A DNA stretch of 64,000 bases from an uncultured Verrucomicrobiae bacterium (GTDB lineage Bacteria; Verrucomicrobiota; Verrucomicrobiia; Opitutales; JABDGR01): positions 1,216,001 through 1,280,000 of the forward strand of contig CAVXVB010000009.1 of NCBI GenBank assembly GCA_963765205.1. Direction: 5' to 3'. The notes under the pieces are model-generated. The model did not search any database and was not told the origin of the DNA. It worked only from the letters and a program-made list of their open reading frames with translations. The stretch's first letter is position 1; each line of letters starts with the position of its first letter. The position numbers were made by a program, and so were the translations under genes. Positions 48,942 through 59,144 of the stretch are shown one piece after another.

Positions 48942-50312
48942 ATGCTCACGATTGACCCAACATTGGCCGCCGCTGACCTGCGCCCGGCGCTCGGGCGGTT
49001 CTGGCAACTGTCGGGTGAAAAAATCCGGTTGATCGAAAAGAAGTTCGACCCGGCGCGCGGCGCGCCCGTCTTCACCGCGGCCGGCGCCTACACGGCGCGG
49101 GGCTGGACGGAGTGGACGCAGGGCTTCCAATTCGGCTCCGCGATTTTGCAGTTTGACGCGACCGGCGACGAGGAATTCCTGCGCCTGGGCCGCGCGAACA
49201 CGGTGGCGCGGATGGCCCCGCACGTCTCGCACACGGGTGTGCACGACCACGGTTTCAACAATGTCTCGACCTACGGTAATTTGCGCCGGCTCATGCGTGA
49301 AAAGCGCATTCCCATGCAGGAGTGGGAATTGAATTTTTACGAATTAGCGCTGAAAATTTCCGGCGCGGTGCAGGCGGCGCGGTGGACGGAGCACGCGCGG
49401 GGCGGCTTCATTTACTCCTTCAACGGGCCGCATTCGCTGTTTGTGGACACGATTCGTTCGTGCCGCGCGCTGGCGCTGGGCCACGCGCTCGGCCACAGCC
49501 TCTGCGGCGAAGGCGACCGGCGCTCAAGCCTGCTCGAACGCGCGCTGGCGCACATCCGCTCGACCGCGGAGTTTTCGGTGTATTACGGCAAGGGGCGCGA
49601 TATTTACGACGTGCGCGGGCGGGTTGCGCATGAGTGTGTGTTCAACACCAACGACGGGGCGTTCCGCTGCCCGAATTCGCAGCAGGGCTACACCGGCTTT
49701 TCAACATGGACGCGCGGGCTGGCCTGGTCGCTGCTGGGTTTTGCCGAGGAGCTGGAATTTTTCGCCACGCGGCCCGATGCGGAATTAAAATCGCTGGGCG
49801 GACGGCGCGCACTGGAGGCGATGATGCTCAAGGCCGCGACGGCCACGGCGGACTTCTACATCGCCAACACGCCGACGGACGGCGTGCCGTATTGGGACGC
49901 CGGCGCACCGGGCTTGGTGCACCTCGGCGATTATCTGGACGAGTCGGCCGATCCGTTCAACGACCACGAACCGGTGGATAGTTCGGCGGCGGCCATTGCC
50001 GCGCAGGGGCTGTTGCGGCTCGGGCATTTTCTCGGCGCGCGCGGGCAAAAAAAATCCGGCGCACGCTACTGGCAGGCGGGACTGACAGTATTCCGCACCC
50101 TGCTGGGCGAGCCATACCTCAGCACGGAAAAGTCGCACCAGGGGCTGGTGCTGCACTCGATTTACCACCGGCCCAACGGGTGGGACTATGTGCCGCCCGG
50201 CGCACGCACGCCGCGCGGCGAGTCCTCGATGTGGGGTGACTACCACGCCCGCGAGTGCGCGCTGTATTTGGAGCGCATTATTGCGGACGGTCCTTATCAT
50301 ACGTTTTTTTAA
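48942..50312 (+). CDS. GH88-like unsaturated glucuronyl hydrolase
   Basis: WTQGF, HDHGF, STWTRG.AW, VPYWD, DSSAAAIAA, WGDY. Confidence 0.75.
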   Translation: MLTIDPTLAAADLRPALGRFWQLSGEKIRLIEKKFDPARGAPVFTAAGAYTARGWTEWTQGFQFGSAILQFDATGDEEFLRLGRANTVARMAPHVSHTGVHDHGFNNVSTYGNLRRLMREKRIPMQEWELNFYELALKISGAVQAARWTEHARGGFIYSFNGPHSLFVDTIRSCRALALGHALGHSLCGEGDRRSSLLERALAHIRSTAEFSVYYGKGRDIYDVRGRVAHECVFNTNDGAFRCPNSQQGYTGFSTWTRGLAWSLLGFAEELEFFATRPDAELKSLGGRRALEAMMLKAATATADFYIANTPTDGVPYWDAGAPGLVHLGDYLDESADPFNDHEPVDSSAAAIAAQGLLRLGHFLGARGQKKSGARYWQAGLTVFRTLLGEPYLSTEKSHQGLVLHSIYHRPNGWDYVPPGARTPRGESSMWGDYHARECALYLERIIADGPYHTFF

Positions 50313-50313
50313 G

Positions 50314-50408
50314 GATGGAAAATGGAAGATGGAAAATGGAAAAATGAAAACCGGTCGAGCGAGCAATTGTTTCGTCTTTTTTCCATTTTCCATTTTCCAT
50401 CTTCCATT
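50314..50408. repeat. Inverted arrays of 7-nt units (ATGGAAR)
   Basis: Perfect 23-bp arms AATGGAAGATGGAAAATGGAAAA at 50321-50343 and 50386-50408. Confidence 0.85.
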
Positions 50409-50423
50409 ATATCCATTCTTTCC

Positions 50424-51254
50424 ATGCCCGCCGCTCCGCTGACTGATTTTTCCCGCCTGTGCCTGCACACGATTACGACCAAATCCTGGTCGCTGGACCA
50501 GGCGTGCCGGGAATACGCGCGCGCGGGTGTGAAAGGCATCAGCGTCTGGCGCGACACACTGGAAGGGCGCGATGCCACGATGGCGGGGCGGCGTTTGCGC
50601 GCGGCGGGCCTTGAGGTGGTTTCGCTGGTGCGCGGGGGATTTTTTGCGGCCACTGACGCGGCAGGCCGGCAAAAGGCGCTGGATGAAAACCGCCGCTGCA
50701 TTGATGAGGCGAAGGCGCTGGGCGCGCCGCTGATTGTGCTGGTTTGCGGCGCGGCGCTCGGGCAGCCGCTGGTAGAATCGCGCCGGCAGATTGCGGAGGG
50801 CATCGCCGCGATTTTGCCGCACGCGCGGGCAGCAGGCGTTAAGCTCGCCATCGAGCCGTTGCACCCGATGTATGCCGACACGCGCTCGGCCATCAACACG
50901 CTCCGGCAAGCCAACGACCTGGCGGCGCAGTTCGACGCCTCGGTGGGCGTCGCGGTGGATGTGTATCATTTGTGGTGGGACGACCAGTTGGAGGCGGAAA
51001 TCGCGCGCTGCGGCAAGCTCGGCAAATTGTTCGCCTATCATGTGTGCGACTGGCGCACGCCGACGGTGGACTTGCTCAACGACCGCGGCCTGATGGGCGA
51101 GGGCTGCATTCCGCTGCGCGAGATACGCGCCTGGGTCGAGGCCGCGGGCTTCCAAGGCTTTATCGAAGTCGAGATTTTTTCTAATCGCCTCTGGCAGACG
51201 GATCAGGTGGAATTCGTGCGCAAGATCCAGGCCGCCTACCTCCAGCACACCTAA
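50424..51254 (+). CDS. Sugar phosphate isomerase/epimerase (xylose isomerase-like TIM barrel)
   Basis: LAIEPLHP, DVYH.WWD, HVCDW, DRG.MG.G.I, EVEIF. Confidence 0.88.
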   Translation: MPAAPLTDFSRLCLHTITTKSWSLDQACREYARAGVKGISVWRDTLEGRDATMAGRRLRAAGLEVVSLVRGGFFAATDAAGRQKALDENRRCIDEAKALGAPLIVLVCGAALGQPLVESRRQIAEGIAAILPHARAAGVKLAIEPLHPMYADTRSAINTLRQANDLAAQFDASVGVAVDVYHLWWDDQLEAEIARCGKLGKLFAYHVCDWRTPTVDLLNDRGLMGEGCIPLREIRAWVEAAGFQGFIEVEIFSNRLWQTDQVEFVRKIQAAYLQHT

Positions 51255-51270
51255 CTACCCCTTATCCCCT

Positions 51271-52432
51271 ATGAGCAAAGACCTGAAAGTCCACCGTGTG
51301 GGCATCATTATGAACGGCGTGACGGGCCGCATGGGCACCAACCAGCACCTGCTGCGCTCGATCTCGGCCATCATGAAACAAGGCGGCGTGCGCGTCGGCC
51401 CGAACGAGGTTATTTTTCCCGATCCACTGCTGGTCGGGCGCAACGAGGACAAGCTGCGCAAACTGACCGAGATTTCGGAGGCCAAAAAATTCACGACTGA
51501 TCTGGCGGGCGCGCTCAAGGACCCGGCCTATTCGGTGTATTTTGACGCGCAGGGCACGCTGCAGCGCGCGGCGGCGGTGAAGGCCGCGGCGGCGGCGGGC
51601 AAGCATGTCTATTGCGAAAAGCCGACAGCGGTGACGACGGCGAAGGCGTTGGAACTCTACCATTTTTGCAAAAAGGCCGGGGTAAAAAACGGCGTGGTGC
51701 AGGACAAGCTCTGGCTACCCGGTTTTCTGAAATTGCGCAAGCTGATTGACGCTGGGTTTTTCGGAAAGATTCTCTCGGTGCGCGGCGAGTTCGGCTACTG
51801 GGTCTTCGAGGGCCACACGGTGGCGGCGCAGCGCCCGTCGTGGAACTACCGCAAGCAGCACGGCGGCGGCATCATTATTGATATGTTGTGCCATTGGCGC
51901 TATATGCTGGACCAGTTGTTCGGCCCGGTGCTGTCGCTCTCCTGCCTGGGCGCGACGCACATTCGCGAGCGGGTGGACGAGAGTGGCAAGCCCTACAAAT
52001 GCACGGCGGACGACGCCGCTTATGCGACGTTCGAGATCAAAGGCGGCATTATCGCGCACATCAACAGCTCGTGGTGCGTGCGCGTGCGGCGCGACGACCT
52101 GGTGGTCTTCCAGGTGGACGGCACGCAGGGCAGCGCGGTCGTCGGCCTGCGCAAGTGCTGGGTGCAAAGTTACCAGAACACGCCGCGCCCGGTGTGGAAC
52201 CCCAACGTCGAGCAGCCAATGAATTTTTTTGAAAACTGGGCCGAAGGTGCCCGATGCCGGAACTTATGAGAACGCCTTCAAAATCCAGTGGGAGCTGTTC
52301 CTCAAACACGTCGTGCTCGACACGCCGTTCCAATGGACGCTGCTCGAAGGGGCGAAAGGCGTGCAGCTCGCGGAGCTGGGCCTGAAGTCCTGGCAGAAGC
52401 GCGCGTGGGTGGATGTGCCGAAACTCAAGTAG
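51271..52432 (+). CDS. Gfo/Idh/MocA oxidoreductase, 1-nt insertion near 52240-52246
   Basis: NGVTGRMG, CEKP, DMLCHW; C-terminus VPDAGTYENAFKIQWELFL continues in the shifted frame. Confidence 0.88.
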
Positions 52433-52434
52433 GT

Positions 52435-52537
52435 GTTTTAGTTTCTAGTTTTTAGTTCTTAGTTGAAGAACTGAAGATTCCACCACCCATCGTTGCTAAA
52501 CCTTGAACTTAAAACCAAGAACTAGAAACTAAGAACT
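52435..52537. repeat. Inverted arrays of 7-nt units (TAGTTYY)
   Basis: TTAGTTTCTAGTTTTTAGTTCTTAGTT ... AACCAAGAACTAGAAACTAAGAACT directly before the ATG. Confidence 0.8.
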
Positions 52538-53311
52538 ATGCGTCGCATCGCATTAATCACGGGCGGGAGCCGGGGCATCGGCTATGGTTGCGCGGAGCAC
52601 CTGGCGCGCGCGGACTTTGACCTGGCCATCAACGGGGTGCGCGAGGAAAAGGAGGCTGCTCCGGCGCTTAAGGCGTTGCGCAAGCTCGGCGCGAAGGTCG
52701 TGTATTGCCGGGGCGACATCAGCTTGGCCAAGGAACGCACTGCGATTATCGAACGCGTGCGCGAGAAATTCGGGCGGCTGCATGTGTTCGTCAGCAACGC
52801 GGGGGTTGCGCCGAAAGTGCGCGCAGACGTGCTCGAAACCTCCGAGGCAAGCTGGGATCATGTCGTCGGGGCGAATTTGAAGGGCGGCTTTTTTCTCACG
52901 CAGGCGGCGGCGAAATGGCTGGTCGAGCAGAAGCAGGCCGACCCCAAGGGTTTTCACGGGTGCATTATCATTGTCAGCTCGATTTCGGCGACAGTCGTCT
53001 CGACCAACCGCGGCGAGTATTGCGTGTCGAAGGCCGGGCTGGCGATGGTCGCGGCCCTGTTCGCGGCGCGGCTGGGCGAATACGATATTCCGGTTTATGA
53101 ACTGCGCCCGGGCGTCATCAAGACCGACATGACGGCGGGCGTGACGGCGAAGTATGACAAGCTGCTCGGCGAAGGCCTCGCGGTCACGCGCCGCTGGGGC
53201 ACGCCGGACGACGTGGGCCGCGCGGCCGCCGCGCTCGCCCACGGCGACTTCCCCTACTCGACTGGCGCGGTCATCATGGTAGATGGGGGCTTGGTGATGC
53301 CGCGGTTGTGA
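52538..53311 (+). CDS. Short-chain dehydrogenase/reductase
   Basis: TGGSRGIG, SNAG, YCVSK, DGG. Confidence 0.92.
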   Translation: MRRIALITGGSRGIGYGCAEHLARADFDLAINGVREEKEAAPALKALRKLGAKVVYCRGDISLAKERTAIIERVREKFGRLHVFVSNAGVAPKVRADVLETSEASWDHVVGANLKGGFFLTQAAAKWLVEQKQADPKGFHGCIIIVSSISATVVSTNRGEYCVSKAGLAMVAALFAARLGEYDIPVYELRPGVIKTDMTAGVTAKYDKLLGEGLAVTRRWGTPDDVGRAAAALAHGDFPYSTGAVIMVDGGLVMPRL

Positions 53312-53343
53312 GGCAATTTATGGCCATCGAATACAAACGCAAA

Positions 53344-53406
53344 GGTGGGGACGCCTCTCCGAGGCGTCCGCGGATCCCGCCAAGGCGGGAGAGAAACGTC
53401 CCTACC
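53344..53406. repeat. REP-like palindromic doublet (GTRG-type)
   Basis: GGTGGGGACGCCTC-TCC-GAGGCGTCC ... CGTCCCTACC. Confidence 0.65.
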
Positions 53407-53529
53407 GCAATTGAAGAAAGCTGGAAACAAGAGATTCGCCGTCGTCTTGCCGAAATTCAAAGTGGCCGGGACACGGGCATCCCGGGTGAAGTGGTTTCCG
53501 CCCGCATCCGCAAAATTGTCGGTCGGTGA
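53407..53529 (+). pseudogene. Addiction-module antitoxin-like C-terminal remnant
   Basis: AIEESWKQEIRRRLAEIQSG...IPGEVV; N-terminus replaced by the REP-like element, no toxin partner. Confidence 0.6.
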
Positions 53530-53548
53530 GTCGAACATTATTTGTATT

Positions 53549-53912
53549 CTATACGAATTTGCTCTTTGCGAAAGTTAGCCAGTTTTTGATCCTGTTGGCG
53601 CGGGACCATCGTTCAGTTTTATGCCAGTGAGTGAGGATTCCAATAAGTTTTGCGGATTCAGGAGACCAAACGTTTTTATTTCTTGCTACATTTAGTATCC
53701 AAACGCCTCCACCACTCATTCCTGGAGCGTCAGGCAGATCAACAAATTTGCGGGTAACGGTTTGCTATTTTTATGCAGGTTCCACTTCCAATTGCATCAA
53801 TTGCATTTCCGTTATGTGAAATAATGCAAACCGAAGTTCGTTTAAGGTACAAACTGAACGCATCAGCACTTTGACTCAAAATTTCAAAAGCCTTTGGATG
53901 AATTTCACGCAT
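53549..53912 (-). pseudogene. Trypsin-like serine protease remnant with internal deletion (low GC)
   Basis: IGSGTCIKIANRY joined out of frame to DLPDAPGMSGGGVW...KLIGIL; the His/Asp region is missing. Confidence 0.55.
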
Positions 53913-53939
53913 CCTCAGTAAAAGACAAGAAAATGCTAA

Positions 53940-54821
53940 GAGCTTATCCGTAAATAAAAGTTGTTCGTCTGCAAACAATAAGCGCGCTGGCGAGACAGAG
54001 CAAGGCTTCGTGGGAGGCGGCGGTTTTCTCAAACCGCACGAGGAGTTTGCGGTAGCGGTTGAGCCAGGAAGCGGTGCGTTCCACCACCCAGCGACGGGCT
54101 TGGCCGGTGGATCGGCGCGGGGCTGGTTTGGCTCCGCGGGCAGGCACATGCGGACGGTAGCCGTATTGGCGCATGGTGCGCAGGCCCGGTTTCCCCCAGT
54201 AACCCTTGTCGGCACACAAATGGGCCGTGCGCCGGTCGTGGCGCTGGCGCAACGTGCGGCGCACCAGCGTCACGTCGTGTTCATTGGCCCCGGCGACGAT
54301 GAGCGACAGCGGGACGCCACGGGCGTCCACCAGCACGCTGCGCTTGCTCCCATTTTTTTCCCCGGTCGGTGGGGTTGGCTCCCACCGCTTCGCGCGCCAG
54401 AGGGGCCTTGACCAGGGAGCCATCGATGCTTTGCCACCGCCACGCGATGCCCTCCAATTCATCGTAGTCGGCCAGACCGGCCCGCCACAACGCCTCGAAG
54501 AATCCGGCGGCGTGCCACTGCTGAAAGTATTTGTGCACGGAACTGGCGCTGCCATACCGGGCCTTGGACAGCGCTTTCCACTGGCAACCCGTGCGCAGCA
54601 CGTAAACCACCGCCTCGAAGATGCGTCGAGGCGCGAGGGCCTTGCGGCCCGCGCCTGCGGCGCGACGGTAGCGCCCGCCCGCCTTCCGGCCGGCGCGCGC
54701 GGGAACCAAAGGCTCGACTTTGGCCCAGAATTCATCAGAGATTTCCCAGGAGGATAGTCGCGGCATCCCCGCAGTTTATCCCGCCGCCTTCTCAACGCAA
54801 TCCTTATTTACGGATAAGCTC
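53940..54821 (-). mobile_element. IS5-family insertion sequence, 882 bp
   Basis: TIR GAGCTTATCCGTAAATAA at both ends; TAA duplication at 53937-53939 and 54822-54824. Confidence 0.92.
53944..54766 (-). CDS. IS5-family transposase in two frames joined at a G4A7 slippery site near 54355
   Basis: YVLRTGCQW.AL, SIDGS, NPTDRGK | GSKRS.LVD..G.PL, ADKGY, RWVVERT.SWL. Confidence 0.88.
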
Positions 54822-54946
54822 TAAGTGTAGCAACCTAAAAGCAGCTTGGTATTGGAAGAATGGTTGCTGAAAATCCATTTATTTCATATAAATCTTTCCC
54901 TTGCCGAGGGCGGATTATTGTTTCAACATAAGCGCTCTTTCACCCC

Positions 54947-55780
54947 ATGGAAATCATCCGCACGCACAGCCCCGAGGGTTTTAAGCAACTGGACACCGCC
55001 GCGCTGCGGCGCGACTTTCTTGTCGCCGGGCTGTTTGCGCCCGGCAAAATCGGGATGCGTTATTGGGAGGTGGACCGCACGATCATCGGGGGCGCCGCGC
55101 CGCTGGCCGAGGCGCTGGAATTGACAGCGACCAAGGAACTGCTGGCGGCGAATTATTTTTGCGAGCGGCGCGAGGTGGGCATCGTCAACCTCGGCGGGCC
55201 GGGCACAGTCGAGACCGACGGCACCGGTCATTTGTTGAACAAGCTTGATGCGCTCTACGTGGGCCGAGGCACGAAAGCCGTGAAGTTTTTCTCGAAGGAT
55301 GCCGCGAAGCCCGCGCAGTTTTACTTCGTAAGCTACCCGGCGCACGCGGCGCACCCGACCAAGCGCGTGCGCAAGGCCCAGGCCCAGGTGCTCGAACTCG
55401 GCGCGCCAGAGACGGCGAACCGCCGCAAGCTTTGCAAGTTAATCGTGCCGGGTTTGGTGGACACCTGCCAGTTGGTGCTGGGCGTGACGCTGCTGGAAAA
55501 GGGCAGCGTGTGGAACACGATGCCGTGCCACACGCACGAGCGCCGCTCGGAAGTCTATTTATATTTTGACGTGCCGCCGAAGGCGTTCGTCACGCACTAC
55601 CTGGGCCGGCCCCAGGAAACGCGCCATTTGATTGTGCGCGACCGCGAGGCGGCGCTGTCGCCGAGCTGGTCCATCCACTCCGGCTCGGGCACCTGCGCCT
55701 ACGGGTTCGTATGGTGCATGGGCGGGGAAAACCAGGAATTCACCGACATGGACGGCGTGGCGATGGAGGACTTGCGATGA
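54947..55780 (+). CDS. kduI: 5-dehydro-4-deoxy-D-glucuronate isomerase
   Basis: RRE.GIVNLGG.G, WNTMPCHTHERRSEVYLYF, SP.WSIH.G.GT, M.GENQ.F.DMD. Confidence 0.96.
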   Translation: MEIIRTHSPEGFKQLDTAALRRDFLVAGLFAPGKIGMRYWEVDRTIIGGAAPLAEALELTATKELLAANYFCERREVGIVNLGGPGTVETDGTGHLLNKLDALYVGRGTKAVKFFSKDAAKPAQFYFVSYPAHAAHPTKRVRKAQAQVLELGAPETANRRKLCKLIVPGLVDTCQLVLGVTLLEKGSVWNTMPCHTHERRSEVYLYFDVPPKAFVTHYLGRPQETRHLIVRDREAALSPSWSIHSGSGTCAYGFVWCMGGENQEFTDMDGVAMEDLR

Positions 55781-56553
55781 ACGACATGCGCAAAGTTTTG
55801 GACACGTTCCGGCTCGACGGGCGGGTGGCGATTGTCACCGGCGCCTCGCGTGGGCTGGGCGCGGCGATGGCGAGCGCGCTGGCCGAGGCGGGCGCGAAGA
55901 TTGCGCTCGCGGCGCGCGGCGAGATGAAAGGCGTGGCCGCCGGCATCCGCGCGCGCGGCGGCGTGGGCGAAGAATTCCCCACCGACCTGGCCGACCGGGC
56001 TGCGCCGAAAAAATTGCTGGACGCCGTGGAGCAGCATTTCGGGGGCGCGGACATTCTGGTCAACAACGCCGGCATCATCCGCCGCGCGAATTTTATCGAG
56101 TATACCGACGAGGACTGGGACGCGGTCATGGACGTGAACATCCGCGCGGCGTTTGTTTTGAGCCGCGAATTTGCGAAGCGGCTGGCCGCGCGCAAAGCGC
56201 CGGGGCGCATCATCAACATCGCCTCGATGTTGTCATTCCAGGGCGGCATCCGGGTGGCGGCCTACACGGCGGCCAAGAGCGCACTGGCGGGGCTGACCAA
56301 GGCGATGGCGAACGAACTCGCGCCGCTGGGCATCTGCGTCAACGCCATCGCGCCGGGTTACATGGCCACGGACAACACGACGGCGCTGCGGGCCGATCCC
56401 GTGCGCAACAAATCCATCCTCGAACGCATCCCGGCCGGGCGCTGGGGCGAACCGACGGACCTCAATGGCGCGGTGGTTTTCCTCGCGTCGGACGCGGCGG
56501 CGTATGTCCACGGCATCACGCTGCCGGTGGATGGCGGCTGGCTGGCGCGTTGA
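55777..56553 (+). CDS. kduD: 2-dehydro-3-deoxy-D-gluconate 5-dehydrogenase
   Basis: NNAGIIRR, IASMLSFQGGIRV.AYTA.K, VDGGWLAR; ATGA overlap with kduI. Confidence 0.94.
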   Translation: MNDMRKVLDTFRLDGRVAIVTGASRGLGAAMASALAEAGAKIALAARGEMKGVAAGIRARGGVGEEFPTDLADRAAPKKLLDAVEQHFGGADILVNNAGIIRRANFIEYTDEDWDAVMDVNIRAAFVLSREFAKRLAARKAPGRIINIASMLSFQGGIRVAAYTAAKSALAGLTKAMANELAPLGICVNAIAPGYMATDNTTALRADPVRNKSILERIPAGRWGEPTDLNGAVVFLASDAAAYVHGITLPVDGGWLAR

Positions 56554-56601
56554 AGCGGCGCGATATTTTGCCGGCGAATTTTTGTCAACCCACCCCACCC
56601 C

Positions 56602-59121
56602 ATGAAATTGAGTGTGACGCGGATTTGCGCCGCCGGTGGAGCGGCGCTGGCGATGTTATTGCTGGCGTCCCTTTCCGCGCGCGCGGCGGAGGCCGCTCCC
56701 GCCGCGATTGCAGCCGCGCCCACTCCGGCAAAATTCAGCGGCGCGACGGCGGTGGAATGGTCCGCGCGCATGGCGGATTCGGAAGTGAAGCGGCAGGGCG
56801 GTGCGGCCAAGCCGAAATGGGACTACACCGACGCGTTGTTCGCGACCTCCCTCCTGCAACTGGGCGACGCGACGAACAAACCGGCTTACGGCGATTATGC
56901 GGCAGCATTGATTGGCGGATGTGTGGCCGCGGACGGAACGATTGCGGGTTACAAGGCGGGCAATCATACGCTGGATGACATCGCGCCTGCGCGCGTCCTT
57001 TTGGCGCTCGACCAGCGCAAGCAAGATCCGCGCTATGAACAGGCGGTGAAACTGGTTCGCGCGCAATTCAACGAGCAACCGCGCACGAGCGACGGCGGTT
57101 TTTGGCACAAGCAAATTTACGCCAACCAAATGTGGCTGGACGGCCTATATATGGGCGAGCCGTTCTACGCCGGCTATGCCCAGGCGTTCCACGAACCGGC
57201 GGATTTCGACGACATCACGAAGCAAATTCTTTTGGCGGACCAGCACACCTATGACGCGAAGACGGGCCTCTTTTACCACGGCTGGGAAGACACCCGGCTG
57301 CAAAGCTGGGCGGACCAGGCGACCGGCCACTCGCCGAGTTTTTGGGGCCGCGCGGTCGGCTGGTATGCGATGGCCATCGTGGACGTGCTGGATGATTTGC
57401 CTGCCGACCACCCGAACCGCGCCAAGGTGATTGGTGTGTTGCAACGGCTGGCCGACGGCGTCACGCGCTGCCAGGACGCGAAATCAGGCTTGTGGTGGCA
57501 GGTTTTGGACCGGGGTGGGCGCGAGGGAAACTATCTCGAAGCGTCGGCCTCGAGCATGTTTGTTTACGCACTGGCGAAAGGCGTGAACAAGGGCTATTTG
57601 CCCGCGGAAAAATATGCCCCCGTCATTACGCGCGGGTTTCAAGGCCTGTTGGATTATTTAGTCAAGATCAACGCGGACGGGACGGTCAGCTTGACGAATG
57701 TTTGCGTCACGGCCGGCCTCGGCAGTTCCGGCGGCACGAGCACGTATCGCGACGGCACCTATGATTATTACGTCAACCACACGCAGAAGGCCGATAACGA
57801 TTTGAAAGGCGTGGGCGCTTTTATTCTCGCCGGAATCGAAATGTCGCGGCTCGGCGCGCCAGCGGTGGCAGCCGACCTCACCCCTGAACAGGTTGCCAAA
57901 ATGGGCTGGGACGCGCTGCCGGTGATTTTGAAGCACATTAATGCACCGGTGTTTCCCGATAAAAATTTTCCCATAACGGATTATGGCGCGAAGGCCGATG
58001 GCAGGACGGATTGCACCGATGCCATTCGCCAAGCCATTGAGGCGTGCAACAAAGCCGGCGGCGGGCACGTCCTCGTCCCGAATGGCACATTTTTGACGGG
58101 CGGCATCCGGCTGTTGAGCAACGTGGATTTGCATTTGGCGGATAACGCGACGCTACAGTTCGTGGTGGATTTGAGTGAATATCCGAAGGTGCTGGTGCGG
58201 CACGAAGGCGTCGAGCACACGGATGTGGCGCCGCCGATTTACGCCTTCGAGCAGGAAAACATCGGCGTCACCGGCAAGGGCACCATTGACGGCGGCGGCG
58301 AGAACAACTGGGTGGCGCAGGTCGGCTCGAATTCGCGCCCGAATTTTGTGGTGCCGTTCCGCTGCAAAAACGTGCTGATCGAGGGCCTGACGGTGCATAA
58401 CTCACCGATGTGGGAAATTAATCCGGTGTATTGCACCAACGTCATCGTGCGCGGGTTGAACATTGACAGCCACCAGGCCAACAACGACGGGTGCGACCCG
58501 GACTCGTGCCGTTACGTCCTGATTGACAACTGCACCTTCGACACAGGTGACGACTGCATCGCCATCAAATGCGGCAAGGACGACGACGGCCGCCGCGTGA
58601 ATCTCCCGACGGAATTTGTCATTGTGCGCAACAGCACGATGAAGGCCGGGCACGGCGGAGTCACGCTGGGCAGCGAATGCACGCCCGCCATTCGCAACGT
58701 TTTTGTCGAAGACTGCAAAATGAGCAGCCCGCAACTCAACGCCTTTTTCCGTTTTAAGAACAGCCCGTCGCGCGGGGGCATCATCGAGAATGCGTATATG
58801 CGCAATGTGGACGTGGGCAGCGTGGCCAAGGGGAATTCCAACGCAGGCATCCTGATTCAATACAATTACCAGTCCTCGCAGGGGAATTACATTCCCATTT
58901 TGCGCAACGTGAATATCACCCATGTCACCGGGGCCAATATCCCGAAGCTGGTGCTGCTGCAAGCGGGCGCCACGGCCATCATCGAAAACATCCAGGTCAA
59001 GGATTGCACCTTCACCGGGCCGAATCCGGCCGAGCTGGAGCAGAACCCGGGCCAGATTACTTTTACCAACGTCACCATCACGGCGCCGGCTGACGCCGCT
59101 CCGCCGCCAGCGACGCCTTGA
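56602..59121 (+). CDS. Secreted GH105-GH28 fusion protein
   Basis: N-half LDD, GGFWHK.IY.NQMWLDGLYM, WGRAVGW, KGVGAFILA; C-half NNDG.DP, GDDCIAIK, GHGG. Confidence 0.9.
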   Translation: MKLSVTRICAAGGAALAMLLLASLSARAAEAAPAAIAAAPTPAKFSGATAVEWSARMADSEVKRQGGAAKPKWDYTDALFATSLLQLGDATNKPAYGDYAAALIGGCVAADGTIAGYKAGNHTLDDIAPARVLLALDQRKQDPRYEQAVKLVRAQFNEQPRTSDGGFWHKQIYANQMWLDGLYMGEPFYAGYAQAFHEPADFDDITKQILLADQHTYDAKTGLFYHGWEDTRLQSWADQATGHSPSFWGRAVGWYAMAIVDVLDDLPADHPNRAKVIGVLQRLADGVTRCQDAKSGLWWQVLDRGGREGNYLEASASSMFVYALAKGVNKGYLPAEKYAPVITRGFQGLLDYLVKINADGTVSLTNVCVTAGLGSSGGTSTYRDGTYDYYVNHTQKADNDLKGVGAFILAGIEMSRLGAPAVAADLTPEQVAKMGWDALPVILKHINAPVFPDKNFPITDYGAKADGRTDCTDAIRQAIEACNKAGGGHVLVPNGTFLTGGIRLLSNVDLHLADNATLQFVVDLSEYPKVLVRHEGVEHTDVAPPIYAFEQENIGVTGKGTIDGGGENNWVAQVGSNSRPNFVVPFRCKNVLIEGLTVHNSPMWEINPVYCTNVIVRGLNIDSHQANNDGCDPDSCRYVLIDNCTFDTGDDCIAIKCGKDDDGRRVNLPTEFVIVRNSTMKAGHGGVTLGSECTPAIRNVFVEDCKMSSPQLNAFFRFKNSPSRGGIIENAYMRNVDVGSVAKGNSNAGILIQYNYQSSQGNYIPILRNVNITHVTGANIPKLVLLQAGATAIIENIQVKDCTFTGPNPAELEQNPGQITFTNVTITAPADAAPPPATP

Positions 59122-59144
59122 CCTCCCATCCGGCGCGATTTTTT

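Noticed and set aside
54345..54365. IS5 transposase frameshift as an assembly error
   Set aside because: An A-run slippery site at the TDRGK junction is a known two-ORF arrangement in IS5-family elements
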